Positions 38,170 through 49,660 of a stretch of DNA of 64,000 nucleotides are shown one piece after another (position 1 is the first letter of the stretch; every line of letters starts with the position of its first letter). The notes beneath the pieces are model-generated. The model was not told where the DNA came from, made no database searches, and saw nothing but the letters and a program-made list of their open reading frames with translations. This DNA comes from Eledone cirrhosa (lineage: Eukaryota), in contig OZ024741.1 in assembly GCA_964016885.1 (NCBI GenBank), positions 106,144,001 to 106,208,000 on the forward strand. Reading direction: 5' to 3'. A program made the position numbers and the translations under genes.

Positions 38170-41100
38170 CTACAGGTTGGTATACAGAGAAGGCCCATTT
38201 ACACGAGCTATTCTCGCCACTATCACCTTCATAAAACTGGCTGTGGCCAAGCACCTCTCTCTCCATTCTTATCCTTCTTCCGAAGTGATATCGGAAGAAG
38301 TAGACCAGACTATGGCCAGAGAGGAAGTTGCCTGACCTCAGACCTTTCAATCGTGTCCACCAAACAACCTCTTTCAACATGGCTATTACGCACAGAAAAA
38401 CCGCCTTTGCTTCCTTTGTGAAGAGGGGAGGCGGTTTGATTGTCATCACGGACTCGGCGGTCAATCGAATCGGCGCCACCCGCGACAGCAGTCGTTCGGC
38501 GTAGCCCCACAGATCAGCCACGCCTGGACATTGCACCAATGCGTGTGCAACGGTTTCTTCGTGACGCACGCATCAAGTCAAATCTTTTTCGAGGGATCCC
38601 TGCCCGGGCGCCCGTGTCTGTAGAGCCTCTCTCGAACGGGTAGAGCCCCCCGGTAGCACTGCCAGGCTAGTGATTTCTGGAAGTTGTCCATTGGTCCCGG
38701 GCCGAAAGTCCTACCGAACAGGCTGGCCAGTTCGTCCTCTTCCATGTCCAGCGACTCTCCAAGGGTGTCATCGCCCCTGCTAGCCACCAACCCTCTATAG
38801 AATGATGGCCTGGCCCGCTTGCCAGAGAGCCCTGAGCGCCTGAGCACACTCAGTGTGCCAGTCTCCCAGTTTTCCGGATCTTTGCTTGACCCAGGAATGC
38901 AGCTCGTTGAGCGAGACGAGTCTCGGAAAGGCTCGTTTCACGAACGGAGCCCACACCGGTTGACCAGTGAGGAATACCTGTAGGTGCCGTAGCCTTAATG
39001 CGTGCCTACGAATCATCAACCACGGCATCCCCAGCCCTCCTTTCGAAGGTTGTTGGCAGCAGATGGATCTTCTTACCATAGGAGGGCGCTTCTTCCAAAG
39101 AAATTGGAAGAGCATGCGTTCCATGGTGGTGAGTGTTTCCTTAGGGCAAGGCACGACAGTCAGGCGGTAGTAAGTGACGGACGCTATGTAAATGTTCGCC
39201 ACCTCCGCCCGGCCTTTTAGGGACAGTTTACACTTGGCCCATTTCTGGGTTAGTGCAAACACCTTGTTCGTAACCTCGTCCCAGTTCTTTTCCACCTGGA
39301 GGTCCGGTCCAAACCAGACCCCAAGCAACTTTACCGGGCCCTCCGTCCAGTGTCCGACGACACCGTCGGGAGGCATCGGTCTGCCTCTCCACGTTCCGAG
39401 TTGCAGCCCGATGGATTTTTCCCGGTTCAGTTTCGCTCCTGACAACCTTTCGTAATCCTCCAGTAAGGTACCGATCGCCTCGATCTCCGAGTCGGTCGAT
39501 ACCATTATTGTTACGTCATCGGCGTAGGCCGACACTGCTTTGCTCAATCCTGGTTCCAGGGGGATACCCTGCAACAACTCCAACTTCCTCAGTAAAGGCT
39601 CGAGAGTCAATACGTACAGAAGGGAGGAGAGAGGGCACCCTGTCGAATGGATCGTGTGATTTCGAACGGCTTCGAAAGGTAGCCGTTCACCTTGATCCTA
39701 GAACAGATGTGGTTGCTATGTAAGGCAGTTATCCAGCCGCTGAAAACAGGACCGAACCCAGCCGCCGCTAGCACCGCATCCAGGTAACCATGGTCGACCC
39801 TATCGAAGGCCTTAGACTGATCCAAGTTGATCAGGGCCCCACCGAAGCCGGGTTTGTTGCCAACCCTCTCTATGATGTATCGCATGAGGTGGAGGTTATC
39901 GTGAATGGACCTGGATGGGATAGCACATGTCTGCGCATCTCCCACCAGGCTACCACGACAAGCGCCAACCTCTTTGCTAACACCTTGGCCAAAATCTTTA
40001 ACTCTGTTTAGCAGTGTTATGGGCCGAAAATTATTTATACTATCCCCCTTGTTCTCGTCCTTCCTCACCAGCGAGACTACGCCCTTGGCTACAGAACCAG
40101 GAATTCTCCCGTTCTGCTGCCAATTGCAGTAGACCGCTTCGAGGAGTTCGGAGAAGAAGACCGGCATTGCTAAATAAAGTTCGTAAGGTATACCATCGAG
40201 ACCTGGAGATTTGCGTCTGCTGCATTGGCTCAGCGCATCCCCGATCTCATCAGCCGAGATTGGTCCCTCGCAGGACTCTGCCTCTTCGCTCGAGAGACGC
40301 GGCAGGCTGTCGAGGTATGGACCGAAATCCACGTCCCCGCCCGGACCCTCGCCTCCCCCGAATAATCGGGCAAAGTGCCTTTGAAAGGCCTCGCACATCT
40401 GCTTAGGCTCCCGGATCACCCGTCCATCCTCGTCTTGCAACGACCGGATGGTGGATCGATTTCCACTCTTAGCTTCTGTAACGCGGGCCCAGCCAACGGC
40501 TTTGGCCCCTTCATTACCTAGAGCACGTATTTTACTTCGAATGACGCAGCCTTCGTGCTTTGCATCGAAAAACTGGTTCAAGGCCGTCCTCGATGCCAGC
40601 ACTCTGGCCACATCTTCGCTCTTGATTGCCTCTTCTAATTTACCTGTTAATTCTTTCTCGTTTCTATTCCTATCGGCAGCTAACATCTTGCTATAACTTA
40701 TTGATTCTGTTCTAATCTCTCTTTTGAGAGATGCCCACCATCGGTTGTTGACGATTGCACCCGTCAACCTCTCCTTAACTAATCTGCTAATCCGGTTTCT
40801 GTAAGTCTCTTTTGCCGGTAAAGACAAATTAAGTTTCCAGTAACCGGGACCCTGTTTATGTGTTTTCTCGAGATTGACTACGCAGGTCACTAATTTGTGA
40901 TCCGTATAGCCAACCGTGCGCATTTCTGGACAGCTTAATATGTCCCTATCCTTACTTCTAACTAAGAATCTATCTAAGTACGATCTAGATTGATCACTAT
41001 GGTTCGTCCAAGTCCAGGTAGGCACAGTTGGAAAATCTAGTCGATATCTATCGACCAAGTTAAAACGGTCGAGTAACCCCTTGAGGCTGTAACACTCCCC

Positions 41101-41577
41101 TCTATTAGGACATGCTCCTGCATAGTCCCAACGTGCATCTAGGATGTCATTCCAATCCCCCGCTAGAAGCAGGGAACGCGACGTTCCCAGAAAAGTCTCC
41201 AAACGCTGGAAGAAGTTGGGCCGTTCAGCTCCGAAAGGGGAGTAGACGGCGACCAGTCTCAAGGCCGCACTTTCACTACTTCCAACGTCTAGCACCAACA
41301 AACGACCCTCCGGGTCCGAGTGAACAACCTGTACGGCAAGACCCAGGTGTTTTTGCAGCAGTACGACAACCCCACCCCCACCTCCAGGTTGACAGAGAGA
41401 TGCATGCACCTCAAAGTCATCGAAGGTGGGGGCCAGCTGCCGCACGACGCTGATCCGAGTCTCACAGATAACCATTACATTTATCCCACATGACCTGAGG
41501 TCATTTAGAAGCTTTGCTTGCTTCCAAGTTGAGCCCAGGCCACGTGCATTCAAACATCCTACTCGTAACACATCCAT
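38170..41577 (-). pseudogene. Tx1-C ORF2 (APE-RT-Zn), few frameshifts and small deletions
   Basis: 656-aa ORF with MDVLRVGCLNARG, ICETR, AGDWN, YTDH and SPGLDG, then AYADD in 38795-39610. Confidence 0.93.
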
Positions 41578-41610
41578 GTGGGCGGCAGAGCCAAAGGAGA
41601 GTGTAGAGAC

Positions 41611-43525
41611 CTACCTTTCTGCTTCCCGGGGTTCGGGTCGCACGTCTTCCATGGGGTCGGGGGTGTTGGGTGAAGGGGTGTCTTGTGGTGGTGTGGGGTC
41701 GTCAGTGTGTGGTGGGGTTGGGGTGTTTGGAGTTGTGTTGGGGAGGGGAAGGGGAGGGGGAAAGCTTTTTAGTAGGACACGGTTTATGGGTTTGACAGAG
41801 GGTGGTCCTACGTCCTCCTTAAAATCCTTTTTTAGTTTTTGGTAGAGGTTCATTGGGATCTTTATTAATTTTAAATGGGGGTAGTTTTCTGAAGAAACAA
41901 AGTTTACACCTTCGGTTTGTACCGAAGGATTATTGTATATGAGTTCATTTAATTTATTATTGTTTCTGTTGATGTAAGTATAGTGTAATGTCTTTTTTTT
42001 CGGATGGTGTGAGTGTTTCGAAGAGGGGAGGGGCAGGTTTGGTTTTGTTTGTTGCTGGAGGGGTGTTTTCTGTTTTGTTGGATTGTGTTGAGATTTGGGT
42101 GGGGGTTGTTTGTCCTTGTGTGTTTTGCACATGTTTTCTTTTTTTCCTTTTAATCTGTCTGAAGGACTCCGTTTCTTCCTCCGAATTCGTTGGGTTATCT
42201 TCAGTGTTGGAGGGAAGAGGTATGTTTGCTGGTAATGTTTCCGTGTTGGTTTTCTTTGTGGGGGAGATGGATGTCACTATGTTAGACTGTGTTGTGTGTT
42301 GTGTCTGCGGTGGTTGTGTTGTTTTATTGAGTGAGAGGTTGGGTGGGCCTGTATTTTGTTTTGGGGTAATGTGTTGTGACTGTTTGTGTTGTGGTGGTGT
42401 TGTGGTTTTACTGAGGGACGGGTTGGGTGGGACTGAGTTTTGTTGTTTGTTTATCTGTTGTGGTGGTGGTGGTGGAGCTGGTGTTGGTAGCAGGGTTTTC
42501 TTTTTGTTGAGTTGGGGACAAGCGGCCTTCAGGTGCCCTCTGCCTGCACAGATATGGCAGGACGGCCTTCTCCCCTCCACGCTAATGTTTATATACCCGT
42601 GGTCCTCTAATAGGATTCTGTCGGGTATTTGGGCGATGCGTTGAGGCTTCGTTTGCACTACCAGCTCTATACCTGTTCCACTGAACGCATTGCCTGTGGT
42701 TTTCCCAATGGAAATCACGTTGTCATTCACTGGATCGATGAAGCCAGCTATGAGCCAGCAGTAGTCCACATCTGGCATCATTGCATCCAGCCATATGCGT
42801 TGAGTTCTTTTCCCCATATAAGATGGATAAAAGGTAAAATTTTTCGAACGAATCGGTGACAAAGCACATTTTTTTTTTTTTTTTGGCCGCCGATTCGTTC
42901 TTCATGATAATTGCTAGGCTTCCATACAGTCTGTCTTTTCTTATGAAAGTGGTTTCATTAAGTACTTCTGTGAGTACTGTTTTGATATCTGCTTGAGAAG
43001 GCTGTTCAGGTTTTTTTGTACTGTTGTTGATGGTCCGAAACTTGACCGTTCGGCTTTCAATGTCTTTGGTGAATTCTTGAGGCATTTTTACCGATAAAAT
43101 ACCATTCTCTCCTTCACTTATGTATTGTTTGGCGTCTGTGATCCTTCGTGCCACATCTGAAATATTTTCCGGTATATAAGTCAAAGATTTCTTTGTTTTC
43201 TGTGCAAATGAAATCTTGTCGTCTGCTTTGCTTTCTGTTATGGTGTTATTTTCAAATGTTATTTTTGTGTTTGTTGTGTCTTTGTTTGTGTTATTAGTAT
43301 TGTCATGCAATTTTTCAAATTTTTTTTTTTTCGTTGTTGGAATCCATGTCCAGATTTGTGTTTTCGTCATTTTTTTTCTCCGCAGATTCGTCTGTTTTTA
43401 TTTTAATTTTTCCTTCCTTCTCTATGACGTTAGTTGGGAAGGAAAGGGGGGGGGACTAAAGCGTGCGAGCTTACAACTCTTACCGCTGTCCCCCCACCAC
43501 TATTTTCGTTCGCTGCGTTTAACAT
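41611..43525 (-). pseudogene. Tx1-C ORF1, frameshifted at homopolymers
   Basis: N-terminus MLNAANENSGG resembles family B MNAASNDNGGG. Has ISFAQ and CHICAGRGHLKAAC, and ends PEPREAER*. Confidence 0.85.
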
Positions 43526-43757
43526 TTCTGTTAGACGATTGAAATTTTTTTGCCACAAAATCTTTTAAAACAGGTTTTTCACCTCTAGGAGGGTTAAAGA
43601 TGAGCTGACCCACCGCCTGACAGTTCAGACGGGGGGGTCAAGCTACACAATTGTATCAAAATTAAGTTTGAACTCACAAAATTTCCTCAATAAATTTGAA
43701 CAAAACTTCTGCGCGAAGTGAATTACATCCACACTGTAGAACAGACGACAGCTAGAC

Positions 43758-43835
<78 letters not shown>
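43758..43835. repeat. (GATA)n microsatellite
   Basis: Read directly from the sequence. Confidence 0.97.
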
Positions 43836-43836
<1 letters not shown>

Positions 43837-44987
43837 TTCTTTATTTACCATAAAGGCATAAAAAGAAGGGACAAATACAAAGGGGGAGTTTACATATAAT
43901 CGAGTAAAAAGGGTGTAACATGAAAATAATCGAAAATAACCTCAAAAGGGAGGGGACGTGATGGGGGTTGCACACACCCCCGAAAAAGTGTGCAATCCTT
44001 TGCCCGGGGAGCACATGGAGAAGGTGCTCCCCTCTCCTTTACTTCTTTACCTACAGGATGGTATACAGAGTAGGCCCACTTACACGAGCCATTCTCGCCA
44101 CTATCACCCACCTTTCATAAAACTGCCTGTGGCCAAGCACCTCTCTCTCCATTCTTATCCTTCTTCCGAAGTGATATCGGAAGAAGTAGACCAGACTATG
44201 GCCAGAGAGGAAGTTGCCTGACCTCAGACCTTTCAATCGTGTCCACCAAACAACCTCTTTCAACATGGCTATTACGCACAGGAAAACCGCCTTTGCTTCC
44301 TTTGTGAAGAGGGGAGGCGGTTTGATTGTCATCACGGACTCGGCGGTCAATTTAATCGGCGCCACCCGCAACAGCAGTCGTTCGGCGTAGCCCCACAGAT
44401 CAGCCACGCCCGGACATTGCACCAATGCGTGCGCAACGGTTTCTTCGTGACGCACGCATCTAGGGCAAATCTTTTTTGAGGGGTCCCTGCCCGAGCGCCC
44501 GTGTCTGTAGAGCCTCTCTCGAACGGGTAGAGCCCCCCGGTAGCACTGCCAGGCTAGTGACTTCTGGAAGTTGTCCATTGGTCCCGGGCCGAAAGTCCTA
44601 CCGAACAGGCTGGCCAGTTCATCCTCTTCCATGTCCATCGACTCTCCAAGGGTGTCATCGCCCCTGCTAGCCACCAGCCCTCTATAGAATGATGAGGTGG
44701 ATTCTCCACCGATGGCCGGGCCTGCTTGCCAGAGAGCCCTGAGCGCCTGGGCACACTCAGTGTGCCAGTCTCCCAGTCTGCTAATCCGGTTTCTGTAAGT
44801 TTCTTTTGCCGGTAAAGACAAATTAAGTTTCCAGTAACCGGGACCCTGTTTATGTGTTTTCTCGAGATTGACTACGCAGGTCACTAATTTGTGATCCGTA
44901 TAGCCAACCGTGCGCATTTCTGGACAGCTTAATATGTCCCTATCCTTACTTCTAACTAAGAATCTATCTAAGTACGATCTAGATTGA
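43836..44987 (-). mobile_element. Tx1-C derivative: 5'-truncated with ~1.9 kb in-frame RT deletion
   Basis: RNRISRL|GDWHTEC junction at 44777; both ends in (GATA)n. Confidence 0.93.
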
Positions 44988-45450
44988 CTAATAGATAGAT
45001 AGATAGACAAATAGACAGATAGATAGATAATTAGGTTATGATGACTATGACAATGATGATGATGTCAGTTCTCAGCCCCATGCAACAACAGATTAGTTCA
45101 TTGTATGCTGCGTGCTCTGTCCACGTGAGTGATGAACATGAGGGTTGTAGAGTTTGTAGTTCTCCAACAAGGAGACTATATATATATATATATGTGTGTG
45201 TGTGTATGTGTGTGTGTGTGTGTATGTATGTATACATACATATATACATATACATACATACACACATTACACACAAGCTAGAAGGAGATTGTGACAGTAA
45301 GCAATTGTTTAATTGTTTAGAGACATTATGACCAGGTGTGATATATACATCCAGAGAGAGAAGGAATTGTAAACGTCATTGGCAGCAATGGAGTCAGGAG
45401 AGTAGTAGTAGTAGTAGTAGTGGTGGTGGTGGTGGTGGTGGTGGTGGTAT

Positions 45451-45500
<50 letters not shown>

Positions 45501-45599
45501 AGTACCCTATCATTAAAATTACCATTTTTTTACCTTCTTTGACATTCCATCTTGATATTTCCTTTTAAATTCTTTCTGGTTCACAAGACATTGTATCTA

Positions 45600-46065
45600 T
45601 AATAATTGTTTCTACTTTAGGCACCAGGCCAGCAATTACCCAGTGTATTACTGGTACTTTATTTTATCGACCCTGTAAGGATGAAAGGCAAAGTCAACCT
45701 CGGCGGGATTTGAACTCAGATCGTAAAGGGACCTAACTATGCTGGAAAGCATGGCGTCCGACTCTCTACCGATACTGCCAATCCACAGCCCTCTATAATA
45801 ATTGTTTCTATTTTTGGCACAAGGCCAGCAATTACCCAGTACATTACTGGTACTTTATTTTATCGACCCGTAAGGATGAAAGGCAAAGTTAACCTCGGCA
45901 GGATTTGAACTCAGAATGGCAAGGGCCGTAACTCTATGCGTCAAAGCATGGCGTCCGACATAATAATGGTTTCTTATATAGGCACAAGGCCATCAGTTTT
46001 GGGGGATAGTGAAAGTCGATGAAATTGACCCTAATACTGGTACTTTATTTTATTGACCCTGTGAA
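45600..46065 (-). mobile_element. Three tandem Meta-like SINE copies or fragments
   Basis: Repeated GGTACTTTATTTTATCGACCC..GGATGAAAGGCAAAG. Confidence 0.8.
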
Positions 46066-46217
46066 GATTGCTTTGGGTTTAAAATTGTCTCATTTTCACT
46101 AAGAAAATGGAATGGATTTTTTTGGACAACCCAATACATAATAATACATATTTTGGGTGAAAATTTACAGAGGTAGAAATATGTAGGGTGCTCAGAAGCA
46201 GAAAATGATGGTAACTA

Positions 46218-46364
46218 CAGTCAGTTGCTGCTATAAAATAGCTTATTAAAATCTAGGAAAGACCCTTAGAGACAGAAAGATCTTTGTAGCAGCCGCTGTT
46301 AACATTTTTCTGTCTCTAAGGTTTCTTACCAAATTTGTATTAGCTATATTATAGCAACTGACTG
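46218..46364. mobile_element. 147-bp foldback MITE, Tc1/mariner-type
   Basis: TA|CAGTCAGTTGCT ... AGCAACTGACTG|TA, with inner arms CCTTAGAGACAGAAA / TTTCTGTCTCTAAGG. A truncated copy lies at 52040-52157. Confidence 0.75.
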
Positions 46365-46377
46365 TAATTGCAATTAT

Positions 46378-46443
<66 letters not shown>

Positions 46444-46703
46444 TCTTTCTTTATTTGCCACAGGGGCGTACAAAATGGGGACATTACAAGACCAATGGCG
46501 CGGTTTTAAATAAAAATAACTTTAACATTAATAAATAACAATAAACTATATATAATAAAATAATAGATAGATAGATAGTTAGCTAGATTGACAAACAGAC
46601 ACACAGAGAGACGGACAGACAGGCAGACAGAGAGGCAGATAGACAGACAGGCAGACAGGCAGACAGACAGACAGATAGACAAATAGACAGGGAGATAGAT
46701 AGA

Positions 46704-46925
46704 CATCATCATCTTCATTATCACCACCACTGCCACCATCATCATCATCATCACCATCATCACCATCACCATCCTCCTCATCATCACCATCACCGTCGTT
46801 ATTATCACCATCATTACCACCCTTATCATCACCACTACCACCACCATTATCATCATCATCATCACCATCACTATCACCATCACTGTCATTACCACTGCCA
46901 TCATCACCATCACCATCATAGTTAC
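46704..46925. repeat. (CAT/CAC)n low-complexity tract
   Basis: Read directly; a longer paralog lies at 52466-52925. Confidence 0.9.
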
Positions 46926-47258
46926 CATTGACGTCATCGATAATTACCACAATAATAAACAGAATGCTAACAACAATAACAACAACAAAAGGAAAGGTTG
47001 AATTTTTGTATTCTATTCTCCATATTTTTCCAGTGAGTTATGACAATATGTTAATGTAAGGTTAACAGCAATCTACACACACACATACACACATATATAT
47101 ATACACACACATACAGACACATACACAACCATACATATACACTCACATACACACATACACATATATACATATAAACACACACAGTGGAAGTTATACTAGT
47201 CATGTGTTTTGTTCCATAGTGATGTAGAAATGTCATCTTAGAGGCTCTCTTTTTTGGA

Positions 47259-47291
<33 letters not shown>

Positions 47292-47362
47292 TACACACAC
47301 ACATATACATATACATACACACACACACATATATATATGCATGCATATATATATATATATAT

Positions 47363-47416
<54 letters not shown>

Positions 47417-47754
47417 CATCATTTCATCATTTCATTTTACGTCCGCTTTTCCTTGCTTGCAAGGGTGGGACGGGAACTGATTCTGGCTTGATTTCTACAG
47501 CTGGATGCCCTTCCTAACACCAACCTCATTTACAGTGAGTGCTGGGTGCTTTTTTGCCGCGGCACCTCCACAACCACTTTGCAGTGGAATGATAATCAAC
47601 CCCAGTCCCTATCATCTCATTTCTACAGCTGAGTAAACTGGAGCAATGTGAAATAAAGTGTCTTGCTCAAGGAAACAACACATCACCCGGTCTGAGAATT
47701 GAACAACCTTTCGATTGCAAGGCCAATGCTCTAACCACTAATCCATGTGCCTCC

Positions 47755-47755
<1 letters not shown>
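47417..47755 (-). mobile_element. CORE-like SINE with RTE tail, inside (TA)n
   Basis: Homologous to 730-1075; paralog at 53410-53753. Confidence 0.85.
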
Positions 47756-47804
<49 letters not shown>

Positions 47805-47911
47805 ATGTATATATGTATGTATGTATATATATGTTTATATATTTAAAGAGAGAGACTGCAATATGAAGAAGAGAAAGACTAAGATAAAGTTGAAAAATAT
47901 AAGGAGGGAGA

Positions 47912-48307
47912 CCTTACCTAAATACAAAGTAAAACCTACTACAGTCAGTAGGCATCTCTAACAAAATACACCCGCGTCCCACCACCCCACCCCATCCACA
48001 CCGCCCCTTTCAATGTAAAGTTATGTTGGTGCCACAACATCCAGGCCGAAACAAATGAGGTTGTGTAGGTGTCACGACAAAAAAACACACAGTCCACGCT
48101 GTAATGTGGCCGTGTAGGCAACACAGTAAAAACCTCCCAGTCCCACACTCTAAATGTGGTTGGTGTTAGGAAGGGCATCCAGCTGTAGAAAACCCGCCAG
48201 ACAGTCCTATGCGAGCAAGACAACCACTCTTGCCTCAAGTGGGAAAACTCCCGTCCAAACCCATGCAAGCATGGAACATGGACGTTAAACGATGATGATG
48301 ATGATGA

Positions 48308-48310
<3 letters not shown>
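47912..48310 (+). mobile_element. RTE 3' UTR remnant
   Basis: Nearly identical to 61214-61613, including the downstream flank. Confidence 0.9.
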
Positions 48311-48343
<33 letters not shown>

Positions 48344-48425
48344 GTATATATATGTGTATAGAGAGAGAGAGAATAACATTAGAATTTAGCTTTGAACATA
48401 GCTGTATACAAATATGTATTTGAAC

Positions 48426-49362
48426 TTTTTGTGGCCTTCTACCCATGCACGTAGGGTAGAAGGTGTATGCGGTGGATGTAATTGGTTTTCTGGACAGTTT
48501 CACCGCTGTGTCCCTGTCCTTCATGAGAAAGGATAGACTCCCGTAGAGTCTATCCTTCTGAATGAATATGATGTCTTTCATGACATCTTTTAAAACCAGC
48601 TCTATCTCACTCTGTGATGGTTGAGCTGGTTTTTTGCTTTTGTTTCAGACTGTCCTAAACATGACAGTGTTTAGGAGTCTCTGGCTTTTTAGTTCCGGGG
48701 GGGGGGGGGGGTCGAAAATGATCCATTTTCCCCATACACTACGTATATTTTGGCATCTGCCAGCAGCTCCTTAGCTTTGCTTATATCTACTAGCAGATAG
48801 TCGAGGGTTTTCCTTGCATTCTGGGCGGAGTCCTTTTCCTTGTTCATGTTGCTGTTGTTGTTATCATTGTTGTTGGTGTTGTTGTTGTTTTTGTTGTCTT
48901 TATTGTTGCTGTTGTTGTTGTTTTTGTTGTCTTTATTGTTGCTGTTGTTGTCGTTGTTGTTGTTGTTGTTTTCAGGTTCTTGTATAGTTGTGGCTACATC
49001 AAGTTGTTTGTCAGCAGGTGGAGAAAGTTCTACCTCTGGCTGACCTCTGCCTTTGGCATCTGCTGCTGTGACAGTGGCAGGGGGAAGCTGTGAGTTTAAC
49101 TTCCCTTTTCTTCCTTTGAATGTTGGTGAAGATGCTTCAGCCATTTTTATCAAAGTAGGATTTTTCGAAATTTTTCGAAAGATAAAATATTTTCACCAAT
49201 ATTTCGCCTAAAGGCGTAGAATATTTTGAGAGATTGACCAGATCAAAAATTGATCTGGCAGTCCCTCTACAAAATGGTACAAAAATGAAAGTTTACAGTT
49301 AGGAATTTCTATGGAAATTTAGGCAGAACTTACCCAGCAAGTTTCACGCGTGTGTCCATCCC
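48426..49362 (-). mobile_element. Tx1-A 5' portion (5' UTR and start of ORF1)
   Basis: Near-identical to 30189-31077 and followed by the same (GATA)n flank. Confidence 0.92.
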
Positions 49363-49660
49363 AGATAGATAGATAGATAGATATCTTTCTTTATTTGCCA
49401 CAGGGGCGTACAAAAATGGGACATTACAAGACGTAACGGCGGGGTTTTACATAAAAATAACTTTAACATTAATAAATAACAATAAACTATATATAATAAA
49501 ATAATAGATAGATAGATAGTTAGCTAGATTGACAAACAGACAGACAGAGACAGACAGACAGTTAGATAGAGAGGCAGATAGACAGACAGGCAGACAGACA
49601 GACAGACAGATAGATACATAGACAAATAGACAGGGAGATAGATAGACAGATAGATAGATA

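Larger units (their letters stand above)
37955..43757 (-). mobile_element. Full-length Tx1-clade LINE family C (~5.8 kb)
   Basis: 5' UTR, ORF1, ORF2 and 3' UTR with AATAAAGAAA. (GATA)n on both sides. Confidence 0.95.

Noticed and set aside
37881-43835. GATA (Bkm-like) repeats as a sign of a sex chromosome
   Set aside because: GATA microsatellites are common genome-wide and nothing in the window indicates chromosome identity.
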